A stretch of 64,000 nt of DNA from Aggregicoccus sp. 17bor-14 (GCF_009659535.1 NZ_VJZZ01000003.1:316947-380946), one strand, 5' to 3'; shown: positions 47,842-57,390, counted from the first letter of the stretch. A program made the numbers and translations. Notes: generated by a model not told the origin, from the sequence alone.

Positions 47842-48447
47842 ATGCTGCAGGTGAAGTACTGGGACGACTTCCTCTGACCCTGGTGCTGGGTGGCGGCCGT
47901 GCGCCGTCGACAAGTGGAGCGCGAGTTCGCAGGACAGGTGCGCTTCGAGCGGCGGGTGTACCTGCTGCTGCCCGGTGAGGGGCAGCGCCCCGTCTACGAC
48001 GACTACCTCATCCAGCACCGGCTCGCGGCGCGCTCGCGGGAGCCGTCACTCGGCTGGACCATCCCCGAGCCGGGCTTGCCCTACCCGAAGTCCAGCGTCC
48101 CGGCGCAGCTGCTCGCACTGCGGGTACAGCAGCGCACGCCGGAGCGCCTCGAGGCGCTGGAGGATGCGCTCTTTCGCGCGGTGTTCGTGGAGCTCGCGGA
48201 CGTGGCCGCGCCCGAGGTGCTGCGCCGCTGCTGCACGCAGGCCGGCGTGGACACGTCCGAGGTGGAGGCCGCGCTGCAGGACCCCGCCCTGCGCGAGCAG
48301 GCCTTCGCCGAGCACGCGGAGTCCCAGGCGCACTTCATCCAGGGCATCCCGGCGCTGCTGCTGCCCGGGATGCGACCCATCACCGGCGCCGTCGACACCG
48401 AGGTCTACCGCCAGGCGCTGCGCTTCGCGCTCTCCGCCCGGCGATGA
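47842..48447 (+). CDS. Candidate selenoprotein: DsbA/FrnE-like thiol:disulfide oxidoreductase with in-frame TGA (Sec) at 47875..47877, replacing the first Cys of the CxxC motif (U-P-W-C)
   Basis: GGAGG RBS then ATG at 47842. The reading is MLQVKYWDDFL-TGA-PWCWVAAVRRRQ..., continuing in the same frame into ORF 47890..48447. DsbA (PF01323)-like context: YxDFxCPWC and a cis-Pro region GIPALL. A hairpin follows the TGA. Confidence 0.6.
47891..47909 (+). promoter_or_regulatory. Candidate bacterial SECIS-like stem-loop (UGGCGGC-CGUGC-GCCGUCG) beginning 13 nt after the UGA
   Basis: A 7-bp stem (one G.U pair) with a 5-nt GU-containing loop, read from the sequence. Position relative to the UGA is as expected for bacterial SECIS elements. 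Confidence 0.3.
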
Positions 48448-48472
48448 GCGTCGGAAGCCCGCAGAGGCACGC

Positions 48473-49585
48473 CTATCGGGCGCTGCGGGCCGACGCCGTG
48501 GCCGGGTCCGGCACGAGCTCGGCCAAGCGCTGAGACTCCTCCGCGGCCTTCCCCACCGCACGCCACCACGGCGTGGGACCGTCCAGCTGCGCGGGCTCGA
48601 AGGGCCGGCCCAGCAGCGGAGTGAGCACACGCGCGCGCTGCTGCTCGGCCAGCGCGAGCAGCTGCTCGGCAGGTTCGGCCCACGGGTGCAGGCCGAGGTC
48701 GAAGGTGCCCCAGTGCACGGGCAGCAGCGTGCCGCCGCCGAGCATCTCGAAGGCCTTCAGCGCGTTCTCCGGTCCCAGGTGGATGTCGCCCCACGCCGGG
48801 TGCCAGGCGCCGATCTCCAGCATCGTCACCTCGAAAGGGCCGAGGCGCTCGCGGATGGTCTTGAACTCCTCGGTGAGCCCGGTGTCCCCGCTGAAGAAGA
48901 GCTGGCGCTTCGCCGTCTTGAGCACCCAGCTGCTCCACAGCGTGCTGTTTCGGTCCCCGAGGCCGCGGCCCGAGAAGTGCTGCGCGGGGGTCGCGGTGAA
49001 CGAGAGCCCGCCGCCGGGCAGCGTGTGCTCCTCCCACCAATCCAGCTCGGTGATGTTGCCGGGCTCCACGCCGAAACGCTCCAGGTGCGCGCCCACGCCG
49101 AGCGACGTCACGATGGGGACCCGCATGCGCGCGAGGGTGCGGATGCTCTCGCGGCACAGGTGGTCGAAGTGGTCGTGCGAGAGCAGCACCGCATCCAGCT
49201 TCGGCAGCTGCGCTAGCGTGGCGGGCACCTCGTGGAAGCGCTTGGGCCCCGCGAAGGTGAAGGGTGAGGCGCGCTCGCCGAAGACGGGGTCGGTGAGCAC
49301 CCGCACCCCGTCCACCTCGATGAGCAGCGTGCTGTGCCCCAGCCAGGTGATGCGCAGGCCCGAGGAGGACACGGGCTTCGTCCACGCCTCGAGCGGGCTC
49401 TCCACGTGCAAGGGCCCGGGAGGCAGGCGGCTCTTTCCACCGAAGAAGAACTCCCCCATCACGGAGAGCGAGGAGCTGTCCTTCTTGAGACCCGGCCCCA
49501 CGCCGGAGGTGTTGCGGAAGGTCCCATCGCGCCACTGCCGCGAGGCCTGTGAGCGCTCGCGGCGCAGTCCAGAGAGCGAAGCCAT
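48473..49585 (-). CDS. MBL-fold metallo-hydrolase (NAPE-PLD-like Zn-dependent hydrolase)
   Basis: ITWLGHSTLLIE...LTDPVF...LSHDHFDHL...LPVHWGTF. ATG at 49585 overlaps the tetR stop by 1 nt. Confidence 0.75.
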   Translation of the reverse strand: MASLSGLRRERSQASRQWRDGTFRNTSGVGPGLKKDSSSLSVMGEFFFGGKSRLPPGPLHVESPLEAWTKPVSSSGLRITWLGHSTLLIEVDGVRVLTDPVFGERASPFTFAGPKRFHEVPATLAQLPKLDAVLLSHDHFDHLCRESIRTLARMRVPIVTSLGVGAHLERFGVEPGNITELDWWEEHTLPGGGLSFTATPAQHFSGRGLGDRNSTLWSSWVLKTAKRQLFFSGDTGLTEEFKTIRERLGPFEVTMLEIGAWHPAWGDIHLGPENALKAFEMLGGGTLLPVHWGTFDLGLHPWAEPAEQLLALAEQQRARVLTPLLGRPFEPAQLDGPTPWWRAVGKAAEESQRLAELVPDPATASARSAR

Positions 49586-50121
49586 CAGACGAACCTCTCC
49601 ACGAGCACCTGCAGCCGCCGGCGCAGCACCCGCGCCGAGGGCAAGTCCACTCCCAGTCCATCCACTGCCAGCATGAAGACCTCGCTGAGCTCCTTGGAGC
49701 CGAGCACCGCCTGCGTGTACTTGAGCCGCAGCCGCTCGTGCTTCGCCTCGACCTCCGGCAGCACCTTCGAGCAGGCCTCGTAGAACTCGGCGGCCATCGG
49801 CGCGCCCTCCAGCATCTCCCACGGCTCCATCAGCAGATGCTCGTACACCCCGAGGAGTTTCTCGCGCGGGCTGCCCCGCCCCGCGAGCACCTGCTCCACG
49901 CGCGGGTAGAGCGCCTCGAGCAGCTGCTCGTACACCGCGGTGAACACGTCCTCCTTGTTCTTGAACTTCCGGTAGATGAGTGGCCGCGAGATGCCCGCGC
50001 GCTTCGCGATGTCGTCCAGGGACGTCTTCGCGTAGCCGAACTGGAGGAAGCACTGGCGCGCCGCCTCGACGATCTCCCGGCGGCGCTCCGCGTCGCGCGC
50101 CTCGCTGGATCCATCTGCCAT
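49585..50121 (-). CDS. TetR-family transcriptional regulator
   Basis: N-terminal HTH (IVEAARQCFLQFGYAKTSLDDIAKRAGISRPLIYRKFKNKE). ATG at 50121. Confidence 0.8.
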   Translation of the reverse strand: MADGSSEARDAERRREIVEAARQCFLQFGYAKTSLDDIAKRAGISRPLIYRKFKNKEDVFTAVYEQLLEALYPRVEQVLAGRGSPREKLLGVYEHLLMEPWEMLEGAPMAAEFYEACSKVLPEVEAKHERLRLKYTQAVLGSKELSEVFMLAVDGLGVDLPSARVLRRRLQVLVERFV

Positions 50122-50204
50122 GCGGACACATTGACAGCCGATACCCATTTTGTCAACTTGTCCAGCCGGCGCCACCCGGGTTGCGCCAGGGGAGCGAGGC
50201 GCGC

Positions 50205-51380
50205 GTGAGGGCAGAGACGAAGCGGGGCTGGGCGCGCATCGCCTGGGGCGCGGGTGCCCTGCTGGGGCTCACCCTCGTCGCCGTCGCGGCGAGCGCCTGC
50301 ACGGCGATGGGCAAGGGGGCGAGCGGCGAGCGGCTCGCGCGCATGCAGCACTCCCCGCACTGGCGCGACGGGCACTTCGAGAACCCCGAGCCCCTGGTCA
50401 ACGACGTCTGGGGCTCCCTCACGACGATGCTGCAGGCGAGCCGGGACGTGAGCCTCTCGGGTCCCGTGCCCGTGGTGCAGGGCACGCGCGAGCGCTTCGA
50501 CACGCCTCCCCTCACCGGCCTGCGCGTCACCTGGCTCGGCCACTCCTCCACCCTGGTGGAGCTGGACGGCTACCGCATCCTCACCGACCCCGTGTGGAGC
50601 GAGCGCGCCTCGCCGCTCTCCTGGGTGGGGCCGCGGCGCTGGTTCGCGCCGCCCATTCCCCTCGCGGAGCTCCCGCACGTGGACGTGGTGGTCATCTCGC
50701 ACGACCACTATGACCACCTCGACTACCCCACGCTCGAGGCGATGAAGGACTGGGACACCACCTTCGTGGTGCCGCTCGGCGTGGGGGCGCACCTCGCGGC
50801 GTGGGGCGTGCCGGAAGCGCACATCGTGGAGCTGGACTGGTGGGAGCGCACGCGGGTGCGCGGGTTGGAGATCGTGGCCACGCCCGCCCGCCACGCCTCG
50901 GGGCGCACGGGCCTGGACAAGGACCGCACCCTCTGGGCGGGCTACGCGCTCGTGGGTCCCCAGCACCGCGCCTTCTACTCGGGGGACACCGGGCTCTTCC
51001 CCGCGATGCGCGACATCGGCGAGCGGCTCGGGCCCTTCGATCTCACGCTCATCGAGGTGGGCCAGTACAACCGCGCGTGGCCGGACTGGCACATCGGCCC
51101 CGAGCAGGCGGTGCAGGCGCACCAGCAGCTGCGCGGCCGCGTCCTGCTCCCGGTGCACTGGGGCCTCTTCGCGCTCGCCGCGCACGGGTGGACCGAGCCC
51201 ATCGAGCGCGTGCTCGCCGCGGCGCACCGGAGCGGTCAGCGGGTGCTCGTGCCCAGGCCCGGCCAGAGCGTGGAGCCTGCCGCCCCGCCGCCCTTCGAGC
51301 GCTGGTGGCCCCGGCTCCCGTTCAAGACGGCGCAGCAGGACCCCATCGTCTCCACCCAGCTGGGCGCGCCGTCGCCGTGA
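50205..51380 (+). CDS. MBL-fold metallo-hydrolase lipoprotein, paralogue of 48473..49585
   Basis: Same motif series (VTWLGHSSTLVE...ISHDHYDHL...LPVHWGLF). GTG at 50205 gives a signal/lipobox LVAVAASAC. Divergent from tetR. Confidence 0.75.
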   Translation: MRAETKRGWARIAWGAGALLGLTLVAVAASACTAMGKGASGERLARMQHSPHWRDGHFENPEPLVNDVWGSLTTMLQASRDVSLSGPVPVVQGTRERFDTPPLTGLRVTWLGHSSTLVELDGYRILTDPVWSERASPLSWVGPRRWFAPPIPLAELPHVDVVVISHDHYDHLDYPTLEAMKDWDTTFVVPLGVGAHLAAWGVPEAHIVELDWWERTRVRGLEIVATPARHASGRTGLDKDRTLWAGYALVGPQHRAFYSGDTGLFPAMRDIGERLGPFDLTLIEVGQYNRAWPDWHIGPEQAVQAHQQLRGRVLLPVHWGLFALAAHGWTEPIERVLAAAHRSGQRVLVPRPGQSVEPAAPPPFERWWPRLPFKTAQQDPIVSTQLGAPSP

Positions 51381-51404
51381 GGCACCCGGCGCGCCCGGGG
51401 GCCA

Positions 51405-52451
51405 CTACGAGAGCGTCTTGAGGTCGATGACGAAGCGGTAGTGCACGTCGCCCTTGAGCATGCGCTCGTAGGCCTCGTTGATCTTCGCCATCGGGATGAC
51501 CTCCACGTCCGCGCCGATCTCGTGCGCGCCGCAGAAGTCGAGCATCTCCTGCGTCTCCGCGATGCCGCCGATGAGCGAGCCCGCCACGCGCCGGCGCCCG
51601 CCGATGAGCGCGAAGGCGTGCAGGGTGGGCGCCTCGGGCGGGACGCCCAGCAGCACCATGGTGCCGTCGCGCTTGAGCAGCCCCACGTAGGTGTTGAGGT
51701 CCAGCGGCGCGGAGACGGTGTTGAGGATGAAGTCGAAGCTGTTGCGCACGCTCTTGAGCTGCGCCGGGTCCTTCGTCACCACGAACTTGTCGGCGCCCAG
51801 CGCCTTCGCGTCCTTCTCCTTGTTCGGAGAGGTGCTCAGCACCGTGACCTCGGCGCCCATCGCCTTCGCGAGCTTGACGCCCATGTGGCCGAGGCCCCCG
51901 AGGCCCATCACGGCCACCTTCTGGCCCTTGCCCACCTTCCACTGCCGCAGCGGCGAGTAGGTGGTGATGCCCGCGCACAAGAGCGGCGCCACGCGCTCGA
52001 GCGGCAGGTTCTCCGGGACGCGCAGCACGAAGGCCTGCTCGACCACGATCTGCTTCGAGTAGCCGCCCTGCGTCGCGGCGCCGGTGCCCTTCTCCTTGCT
52101 GTTGTAGGTGCCCACGAAGCCGTTCTGGCAGTACTGCTCGAGGCCCTCCTTGCAGCTCTCACAGCTGCGGCAGGAGTCCACCATGCAGCCCACGCCGGCG
52201 CGGTCGCCGACCTTGAAGAACTTCACCTTGTCGCCGACCTTGGAGATGCGGCCGACGATCTCGTGCCCCGGCACCATGGGGAACACGGACCCGCCCCACT
52301 CGTCCTTCACCTGGTGGAGGTCGGAGTGGCAGACCCCGCAGTACTCGATGTCGATGAGCACGTCCGTCGGGCCGACGTCGCGGCGCTCGAACGCAAAGGG
52401 GGTCAGGGGAGCTTTGGCAGCGGGGGCGGCGTAGCCTTGGGTCTTGATCAT
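51405..52451 (-). CDS. Zn-dependent NADP(H) alcohol dehydrogenase, cinnamyl-ADH/YahK-like
   Basis: GVCHSDLH, GHEIVG, structural-Zn Cys cluster C..C..C, and cofactor motif GLGGLGHMG. Confidence 0.85.
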   Translation of the reverse strand: MIKTQGYAAPAAKAPLTPFAFERRDVGPTDVLIDIEYCGVCHSDLHQVKDEWGGSVFPMVPGHEIVGRISKVGDKVKFFKVGDRAGVGCMVDSCRSCESCKEGLEQYCQNGFVGTYNSKEKGTGAATQGGYSKQIVVEQAFVLRVPENLPLERVAPLLCAGITTYSPLRQWKVGKGQKVAVMGLGGLGHMGVKLAKAMGAEVTVLSTSPNKEKDAKALGADKFVVTKDPAQLKSVRNSFDFILNTVSAPLDLNTYVGLLKRDGTMVLLGVPPEAPTLHAFALIGGRRRVAGSLIGGIAETQEMLDFCGAHEIGADVEVIPMAKINEAYERMLKGDVHYRFVIDLKTLS

Positions 52452-52509
52452 GGCCCCCTAGATGCACACGCCCGCGGGGGGTTTCCAGGGTTTCGACCAG
52501 GCAGGCGAC

Positions 52510-53145
52510 TCAGCGTCCGCCATCCACTCCGAACACCCGCAGGAGCTGCTCGAGCCGGGGCAGGCGCAGCTGCGTCCCCGGGGGCACGGCCTTCGCCAGG
52601 TCGAGCCGCAGCCAGCCCGCCTCCAGCGCCACCCCCACCTCGCGGGCCACCGTGAGGTCCACCCCCTGCCCCACCGCCCGCAGCAGGGCAGACTCCTGCA
52701 GGTCGCGCACGTAGGTGAGCTGCCGTCCCTTCAGGGTCACCCCCGGGAGCCGGTTCGCCGCGCGCTCGGCCACCCCGAAGAGCCCGTCCAGCGACGCGGC
52801 CACCACGCCCGCGAGGAAGCTGTCGTGCTCGAAGGAGACCCCGGCCGGCAGCGTCGCGTGCAGGGTGAAGGCGCGCGCGTCGAGCTCGAGCCGGTGCGGC
52901 ACCACCGTGGTCTTCACCCGGAAGCCCGCCTTCGCGCGCGCCTCCACGTGGATGCCCTCTGCGTCCATCCGCACCTGCGCCTCCTCCACGGGCGCCTTGC
53001 GCAGGAGCGCCGCCCTTACCGCTGGCGCGACCACCGTCGCGGCCACCCGCAGCTGGCGCGTCTGCGGGTCGAAGTCCACCACGTGCTCGCTCAGCTTCTC
53101 GAGCGCCTTCGCCTTCAGCCCCTTCAACGCATCGCGCAGGCTCAT
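52510..53145 (-). CDS. Hypothetical protein coupled to recQ
   Basis: ATG at 53145 overlaps the recQ stop (ATGA), with a GGAGG RBS. No motifs. Confidence 0.5.
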   Translation of the reverse strand: MSLRDALKGLKAKALEKLSEHVVDFDPQTRQLRVAATVVAPAVRAALLRKAPVEEAQVRMDAEGIHVEARAKAGFRVKTTVVPHRLELDARAFTLHATLPAGVSFEHDSFLAGVVAASLDGLFGVAERAANRLPGVTLKGRQLTYVRDLQESALLRAVGQGVDLTVAREVGVALEAGWLRLDLAKAVPPGTQLRLPRLEQLLRVFGVDGGR

Positions 53146-55088
53146 CGCGCCTCCTGCTCGCACCAGGTGAGGACCTGCGCGAAGGGCCACTCCTCCAGCG
53201 CACCGAAGAGGCGATGTCCCCCGAGCCGCGCCTTCGAGGTGGCGGGGCTGCCCAGCCCGCAGAGGAAGCGCGCGGCCTGCCGCGGAGAGCCGAGCGCGTC
53301 GGGGTGGCGCTGCTGCAGTGCACGCAGGCCCGCGACGTCCAGGCCTGCGGGCAGCGCGGGGCGCTCGTGCGGCGGCGGCAGCACCTGGGCGCGCCCGGTG
53401 CGGCAGAAGGTGCAGTGCCCGCAGGGCCTGGGCCGCCGCTGCCCGAAGTGCGCGACGAGTGCGTTGTTCTGACAGCCCGCGTGTGTCACGAGCTCGAGCA
53501 CCTGCTGGATGCGCGCCACCTCCGCGCGCTCGCGCTGCTCGAAGCGCTCGAGCAGCCCGGTGACGAGTGCGCGCGCATCCTCCTTCGGCCGCAGCCGCGT
53601 GTAGCGCTGGCGCGGCTCGGACACCTGCGTCTGCGCGAGACCCTGCTCCTGCAGGTAGTCCAGCGCCTTCACCACGCGCTCGCGCGGTTGGCCCAGCGCC
53701 TCGGCCACCGCGCGCGCATCCACCGTGTACCAGGTGCGCCCCTTCTTGCTCTTTTGGAAGACGGCCTCGAGGAAGCGGCGGCGCTCGCCCTCGAAGCGCG
53801 CGAAGACCTGCTCCAGCGGCACCAGCGGCTGCACCTTGTAGCCCGCGTAGAAGGGTGTGCCCTGCCGCAGCACCCCCTGCAGCTCCAGGTAGGTGAGCGC
53901 GGTGCGCAGCACCAGCGGGCGCAGGTCGTGGCGGTTGGAGAGGGCGTAGAGGTCCACCTCCAGCTCCGGGCCACCGGACAGCAGCTCCTCCACCAGGCCC
54001 TGCAGCGCCTCGGGCGTGGGCGTGTCCCCGTGCGCGAAGTTCTCCAGCGTGGGCACGTCGTCGGGGCAGGCGAGCAGCTCGACGACGGAGGGCTTCCCGT
54101 CGCGCCCCGCGCGGCCCACCTCCTGGCTGTAGCTCTCCAGGCCCTTGGGCAGGTTGTAGTGGTACACGGCGCGCACGTCCGCCTTGTCGATGCCCATGCC
54201 GAACGCGATGGTGGCCACCACGATGCCGCGGTCCGAGGCCATCCACGCCTCCTGCACGCGCGCGCGGTCCTCGGCCTCCATGCCCGCGTGGTAGGCCGCC
54301 GCCGGAAGTCCCGCAGCCTTCAGGAGCTCCGCCACCCGCTCGGCCGTCTTCTGCAGCGTGACGTAGACGATGGTGGGCCCGGGCGGACGCGAGCGCAGCC
54401 GCTCGAGCAGCAGCGCGTCGCGCGCCTGCGCCGCCACGGGCGTGGTCTCCAGGGTGAGGTTCTCGCGGTAGAAGCCGGTGACGACCGCGGCCTCCTCCGG
54501 GATGCCGAAGCCCTCGCAGATGTCCTTCACCACCGCGGGGGTCGCGGTGGCGGTGAGCGCGAGCACCCGCTCGGCCTTGAGGTCTCGTGCGGCCTGCGCG
54601 AGCTTGAGGTAGTCGGGGCGGAAGTTGTGGCCCCACTCGGACACGCAGTGCGCCTCGTCCACCGCGAAGAGCGAGAGGCGCAGCTCGCGCAGGAGGCCCG
54701 TGAAGCGCTCGTTGTTGAAGCGCTCGGGGGCGACGTAGAGGAGCTTCAGCTCGTTGCGGCGCAGCGCCTCGGTCACCTCGCGCGACTCATCGAGGCCGAG
54801 CGAGGAGTCCAGCCGCGCGGCGCGGATGCCGCGGCGGCCCAACGCGTCGATCTGATCCTTCATCAGCGCGATGAGCGGGCTCACCACCAGCGTGAGCCCG
54901 GGCAGAAGCAGCGCGGGCAGCTGGTAGCAGAGGCTCTTGCCTCCACCGGTGGGGAACACCGCGAGTGCGGCCCCTCGGGGACCGAGCAGCGCATCGAGCA
55001 CCTCGCGCTGCCCCGGCCGGAACCCGCTCAGTCCGAAGCGCTCCTTCAGCGTCGCCTCCAGCTCCCCCTGCCCCATCACCTCGGCCAT
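53142..55088 (-). CDS. recQ: ATP-dependent DNA helicase, RecQ family
   Basis: FRPGQREV, Walker A PTGGGKS, DEAH (AVDEAHCVSEWGHNFRPDY), a Zn-binding Cys cluster, and a C-terminal CGHCTFC. ATG at 55088. Confidence 0.85.
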   Translation of the reverse strand: MAEVMGQGELEATLKERFGLSGFRPGQREVLDALLGPRGAALAVFPTGGGKSLCYQLPALLLPGLTLVVSPLIALMKDQIDALGRRGIRAARLDSSLGLDESREVTEALRRNELKLLYVAPERFNNERFTGLLRELRLSLFAVDEAHCVSEWGHNFRPDYLKLAQAARDLKAERVLALTATATPAVVKDICEGFGIPEEAAVVTGFYRENLTLETTPVAAQARDALLLERLRSRPPGPTIVYVTLQKTAERVAELLKAAGLPAAAYHAGMEAEDRARVQEAWMASDRGIVVATIAFGMGIDKADVRAVYHYNLPKGLESYSQEVGRAGRDGKPSVVELLACPDDVPTLENFAHGDTPTPEALQGLVEELLSGGPELEVDLYALSNRHDLRPLVLRTALTYLELQGVLRQGTPFYAGYKVQPLVPLEQVFARFEGERRRFLEAVFQKSKKGRTWYTVDARAVAEALGQPRERVVKALDYLQEQGLAQTQVSEPRQRYTRLRPKEDARALVTGLLERFEQRERAEVARIQQVLELVTHAGCQNNALVAHFGQRRPRPCGHCTFCRTGRAQVLPPPHERPALPAGLDVAGLRALQQRHPDALGSPRQAARFLCGLGSPATSKARLGGHRLFGALEEWPFAQVLTWCEQEAR

Positions 55089-55215
55089 GCACGCTCCCAG
55101 CTCGCTGATTCGGTGGAGGGGCCACCCTGCCCTGCCCCCCTGACTTCGTACAGCGGGTGTTAACGATTGTGTGCGCGGGGGGAGGAGGCGTCCTTGGCTC
55201 GTTAGAGTGAGGGCC

Positions 55216-55950
55216 ATGACGCTCACGCCCCACACCGAAGGCGAGCCCTGCCGCGTCCTGCTCATCGAGGACGATGACCGGCTCGCCCAGCTCACCGCGC
55301 GCTACCTGGAGAGCCATGGGGTGGCCGTGACGTGGGTCGCCGACGGGCGGGACGGGCTCGCCGAGGCGCTCAAGGGGCAGGCGGACGTCGTCGTGCTGGA
55401 CCTGATGCTGCCGCGGCTCGGAGGCCTCGAGCTGGTGCGCGAGCTGCGCGCGCGCCTCGACGTGCCCGTCATCATGGTGACGGCGCTGGGCGAGGAGGCG
55501 GACCGGGTGCTGGGGCTGGAGAGCGGCGCGGACGACTACCTGCCCAAGCCCTTCAGCGCCCGCGAGCTGCTCGCCCGGGTGCGCGCGCTCGTGCGCCGGG
55601 CGCGCGGGCGTGTGGGGCCCGCGGGCGAGCGCGCGCTCGCGGCCGGGGGCCTGGTGCTCAACCCCAAGGACTACAGCGCGAGCCTCAACGGCGAGCCGCT
55701 GCGCCTCACCACTGCGGAGTTCAACCTGCTGCGCGCCTTCGTCGAGCGCCCGGGCCGGGTGCTCAGCCGCGAGCAGCTGCTGGACCTGACGAAGGGCAGC
55801 GCGGACGAGGCCTTCGACCGCTCCATCGACGCGCACATCTCGCATCTGCGCCAGAAGCTGGGCGACAACCCGAAGAACCCGCGCCTGCTCAAGACGGTGC
55901 GCGGCATCGGCTACCTGCTCACCGAGGGCGGCCGGATGGGAGAGACCTGA
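55216..55950 (+). CDS. OmpR-family response regulator (CpxR-like)
   Basis: Receiver domain (LLIEDDDRL...VVVLDLMLP) and winged-helix domain (LTTAEFNLLRAF...RGIGYLL). Confidence 0.85.
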   Translation: MTLTPHTEGEPCRVLLIEDDDRLAQLTARYLESHGVAVTWVADGRDGLAEALKGQADVVVLDLMLPRLGGLELVRELRARLDVPVIMVTALGEEADRVLGLESGADDYLPKPFSARELLARVRALVRRARGRVGPAGERALAAGGLVLNPKDYSASLNGEPLRLTTAEFNLLRAFVERPGRVLSREQLLDLTKGSADEAFDRSIDAHISHLRQKLGDNPKNPRLLKTVRGIGYLLTEGGRMGET

Positions 55951-57350
55951 TGCCGCCGCGCTCCGTCTTCGCGGGACGGCTGGTGTTCCGCATCTACGCC
56001 TTCGGCGTGGCGGCGCTGGTGCTGCTCTCGCTGCTGGGAGTCGTCGTCGCGCGGCTCGCCGACGAGGGCGCCCCACGCGAGGGCCAGGTGCCGCGCAGCG
56101 CGTACCTGGTGAACAAGATTGCGGAGCACTGGGGCGACGTTCCCGCGATGCAGGCGGAGCTGGACCAGGTGCGCGAGGCGTACCGCTCGAGCCTCAGCCT
56201 CTACGCCGCGGACGGCACGCTGCAGGTCAGCTCGGGGACGCCGCCGCTCGCTCCGCTCTCGGCAGAGCAGCTGCAGCAGCTGCGAACGCAGGGGCCTGCA
56301 GTCCCGGGTCGCAATCCGGTGGTGCTGCGCGAGGACGCGTGCGGAGCACCGGCGTGCGAGCTCGCGCTGCCCATCTACCGGGGCGCGCAGCTGGTGGGCT
56401 ACGGCGTGGTGCAGCCCTACCGGCCCAACGTGGCCCGCCCGCTGCTGACGGCGCTGGGCGTGGCCCTGCTGGCCTTCGCCATCGCGGCGCTGCTCGCGGC
56501 GCGCAGCCTCGCGCGGCCGCTCTCGCGCATCGCGGACGTGGCGCGGGCACTGGGCAACGGAGACCTCTCGGCGCGCACGGGCCTGAAGCGGCGCGACGAG
56601 CTGGGCGAGGTGGCCCGCGCGGTGGACGAGATGGCGGAGCGGCTCACGGGGCTGCTGCGCGCGCAGACGGAGCTGCTGGCCAACGTGTCGCACGAGCTGC
56701 GCACCCCGCTCTCGCGCATCCGCGTGGCGCTGGAGCTCGCGAGCGAGACGGAGGGCCCGCTGCCCGAGGAGTTCCTGGGCGAGGTGGGCCGCGACCTCGA
56801 GGAGCTGGAGCAGCTGGTGACGGAGATTCTCGCGACCGCGCGCCTCGACCTTGCGCATGGGCGAGCGAGCGGGGCTTCGCCGCCCCTGCAGACGCGGCCT
56901 ACGAAGGTCTCGGAGCTGGTGCGGTCGGCGGCAGACACGCTGCGCACGCGCCACCCGCAACGACCGGTGGAAGTCGAAGTCGCGTCGGGCCTACCGGACC
57001 TCGACGTCGACGGGGTGCTCTTGCGCCGCGCGCTGGGAAACCTCCTGTCCAACGCGCACAAGTACTCGGACGCAGGCCAGCCCATCCAGCTGCGTGCGCG
57101 TGCCGAGGGCAACGAGGTAGCGCTGAGCGTGGAGGACCATGGCATCGGCCTGACGCCCGAGGACCGCGCGCAGCTCTTCACGCCCTTCTTCCGAAGCGAC
57201 CGCAGCCGCACGCGCGGCACGGGCGGCGTGGGGCTCGGCCTCACGCTGACCAAGCGCATCGTGGAAGCCCACGGCGGTCGCGTGGAGGTGCAGAGCGAGG
57301 CAGGTCACGGCTCCACCTTCACACTGAAGCTCCCTGTTCCACCCGCGTGA
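55950..57350 (+). CDS. Sensor histidine kinase (CpxA-like: 2 TM, HAMP, HisKA, HATPase_c)
   Basis: ATG overlaps the response-regulator TGA (TGATG). H-box SHELRTPL, N box, and G boxes (DHGIGL, GTGGVGLGL). Confidence 0.85.
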   Translation: MPPRSVFAGRLVFRIYAFGVAALVLLSLLGVVVARLADEGAPREGQVPRSAYLVNKIAEHWGDVPAMQAELDQVREAYRSSLSLYAADGTLQVSSGTPPLAPLSAEQLQQLRTQGPAVPGRNPVVLREDACGAPACELALPIYRGAQLVGYGVVQPYRPNVARPLLTALGVALLAFAIAALLAARSLARPLSRIADVARALGNGDLSARTGLKRRDELGEVARAVDEMAERLTGLLRAQTELLANVSHELRTPLSRIRVALELASETEGPLPEEFLGEVGRDLEELEQLVTEILATARLDLAHGRASGASPPLQTRPTKVSELVRSAADTLRTRHPQRPVEVEVASGLPDLDVDGVLLRRALGNLLSNAHKYSDAGQPIQLRARAEGNEVALSVEDHGIGLTPEDRAQLFTPFFRSDRSRTRGTGGVGLGLTLTKRIVEAHGGRVEVQSEAGHGSTFTLKLPVPPA

Positions 57351-57390
57351 GTGTCCCCTCTCCCCCTGGGAGAGGGTCGGGGTGAGGGAT
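57351..57390 (+). repeat. Palindromic intergenic repeat element (copy 3): GTCCCCTCTCCC-CCT-GGGAGAGGG-TCGG-GGTGAGGG
   Basis: Immediately follows the kinase stop. A 9-bp stem with a 3-nt loop, matching copy 2 at about 85% identity. Confidence 0.6.
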
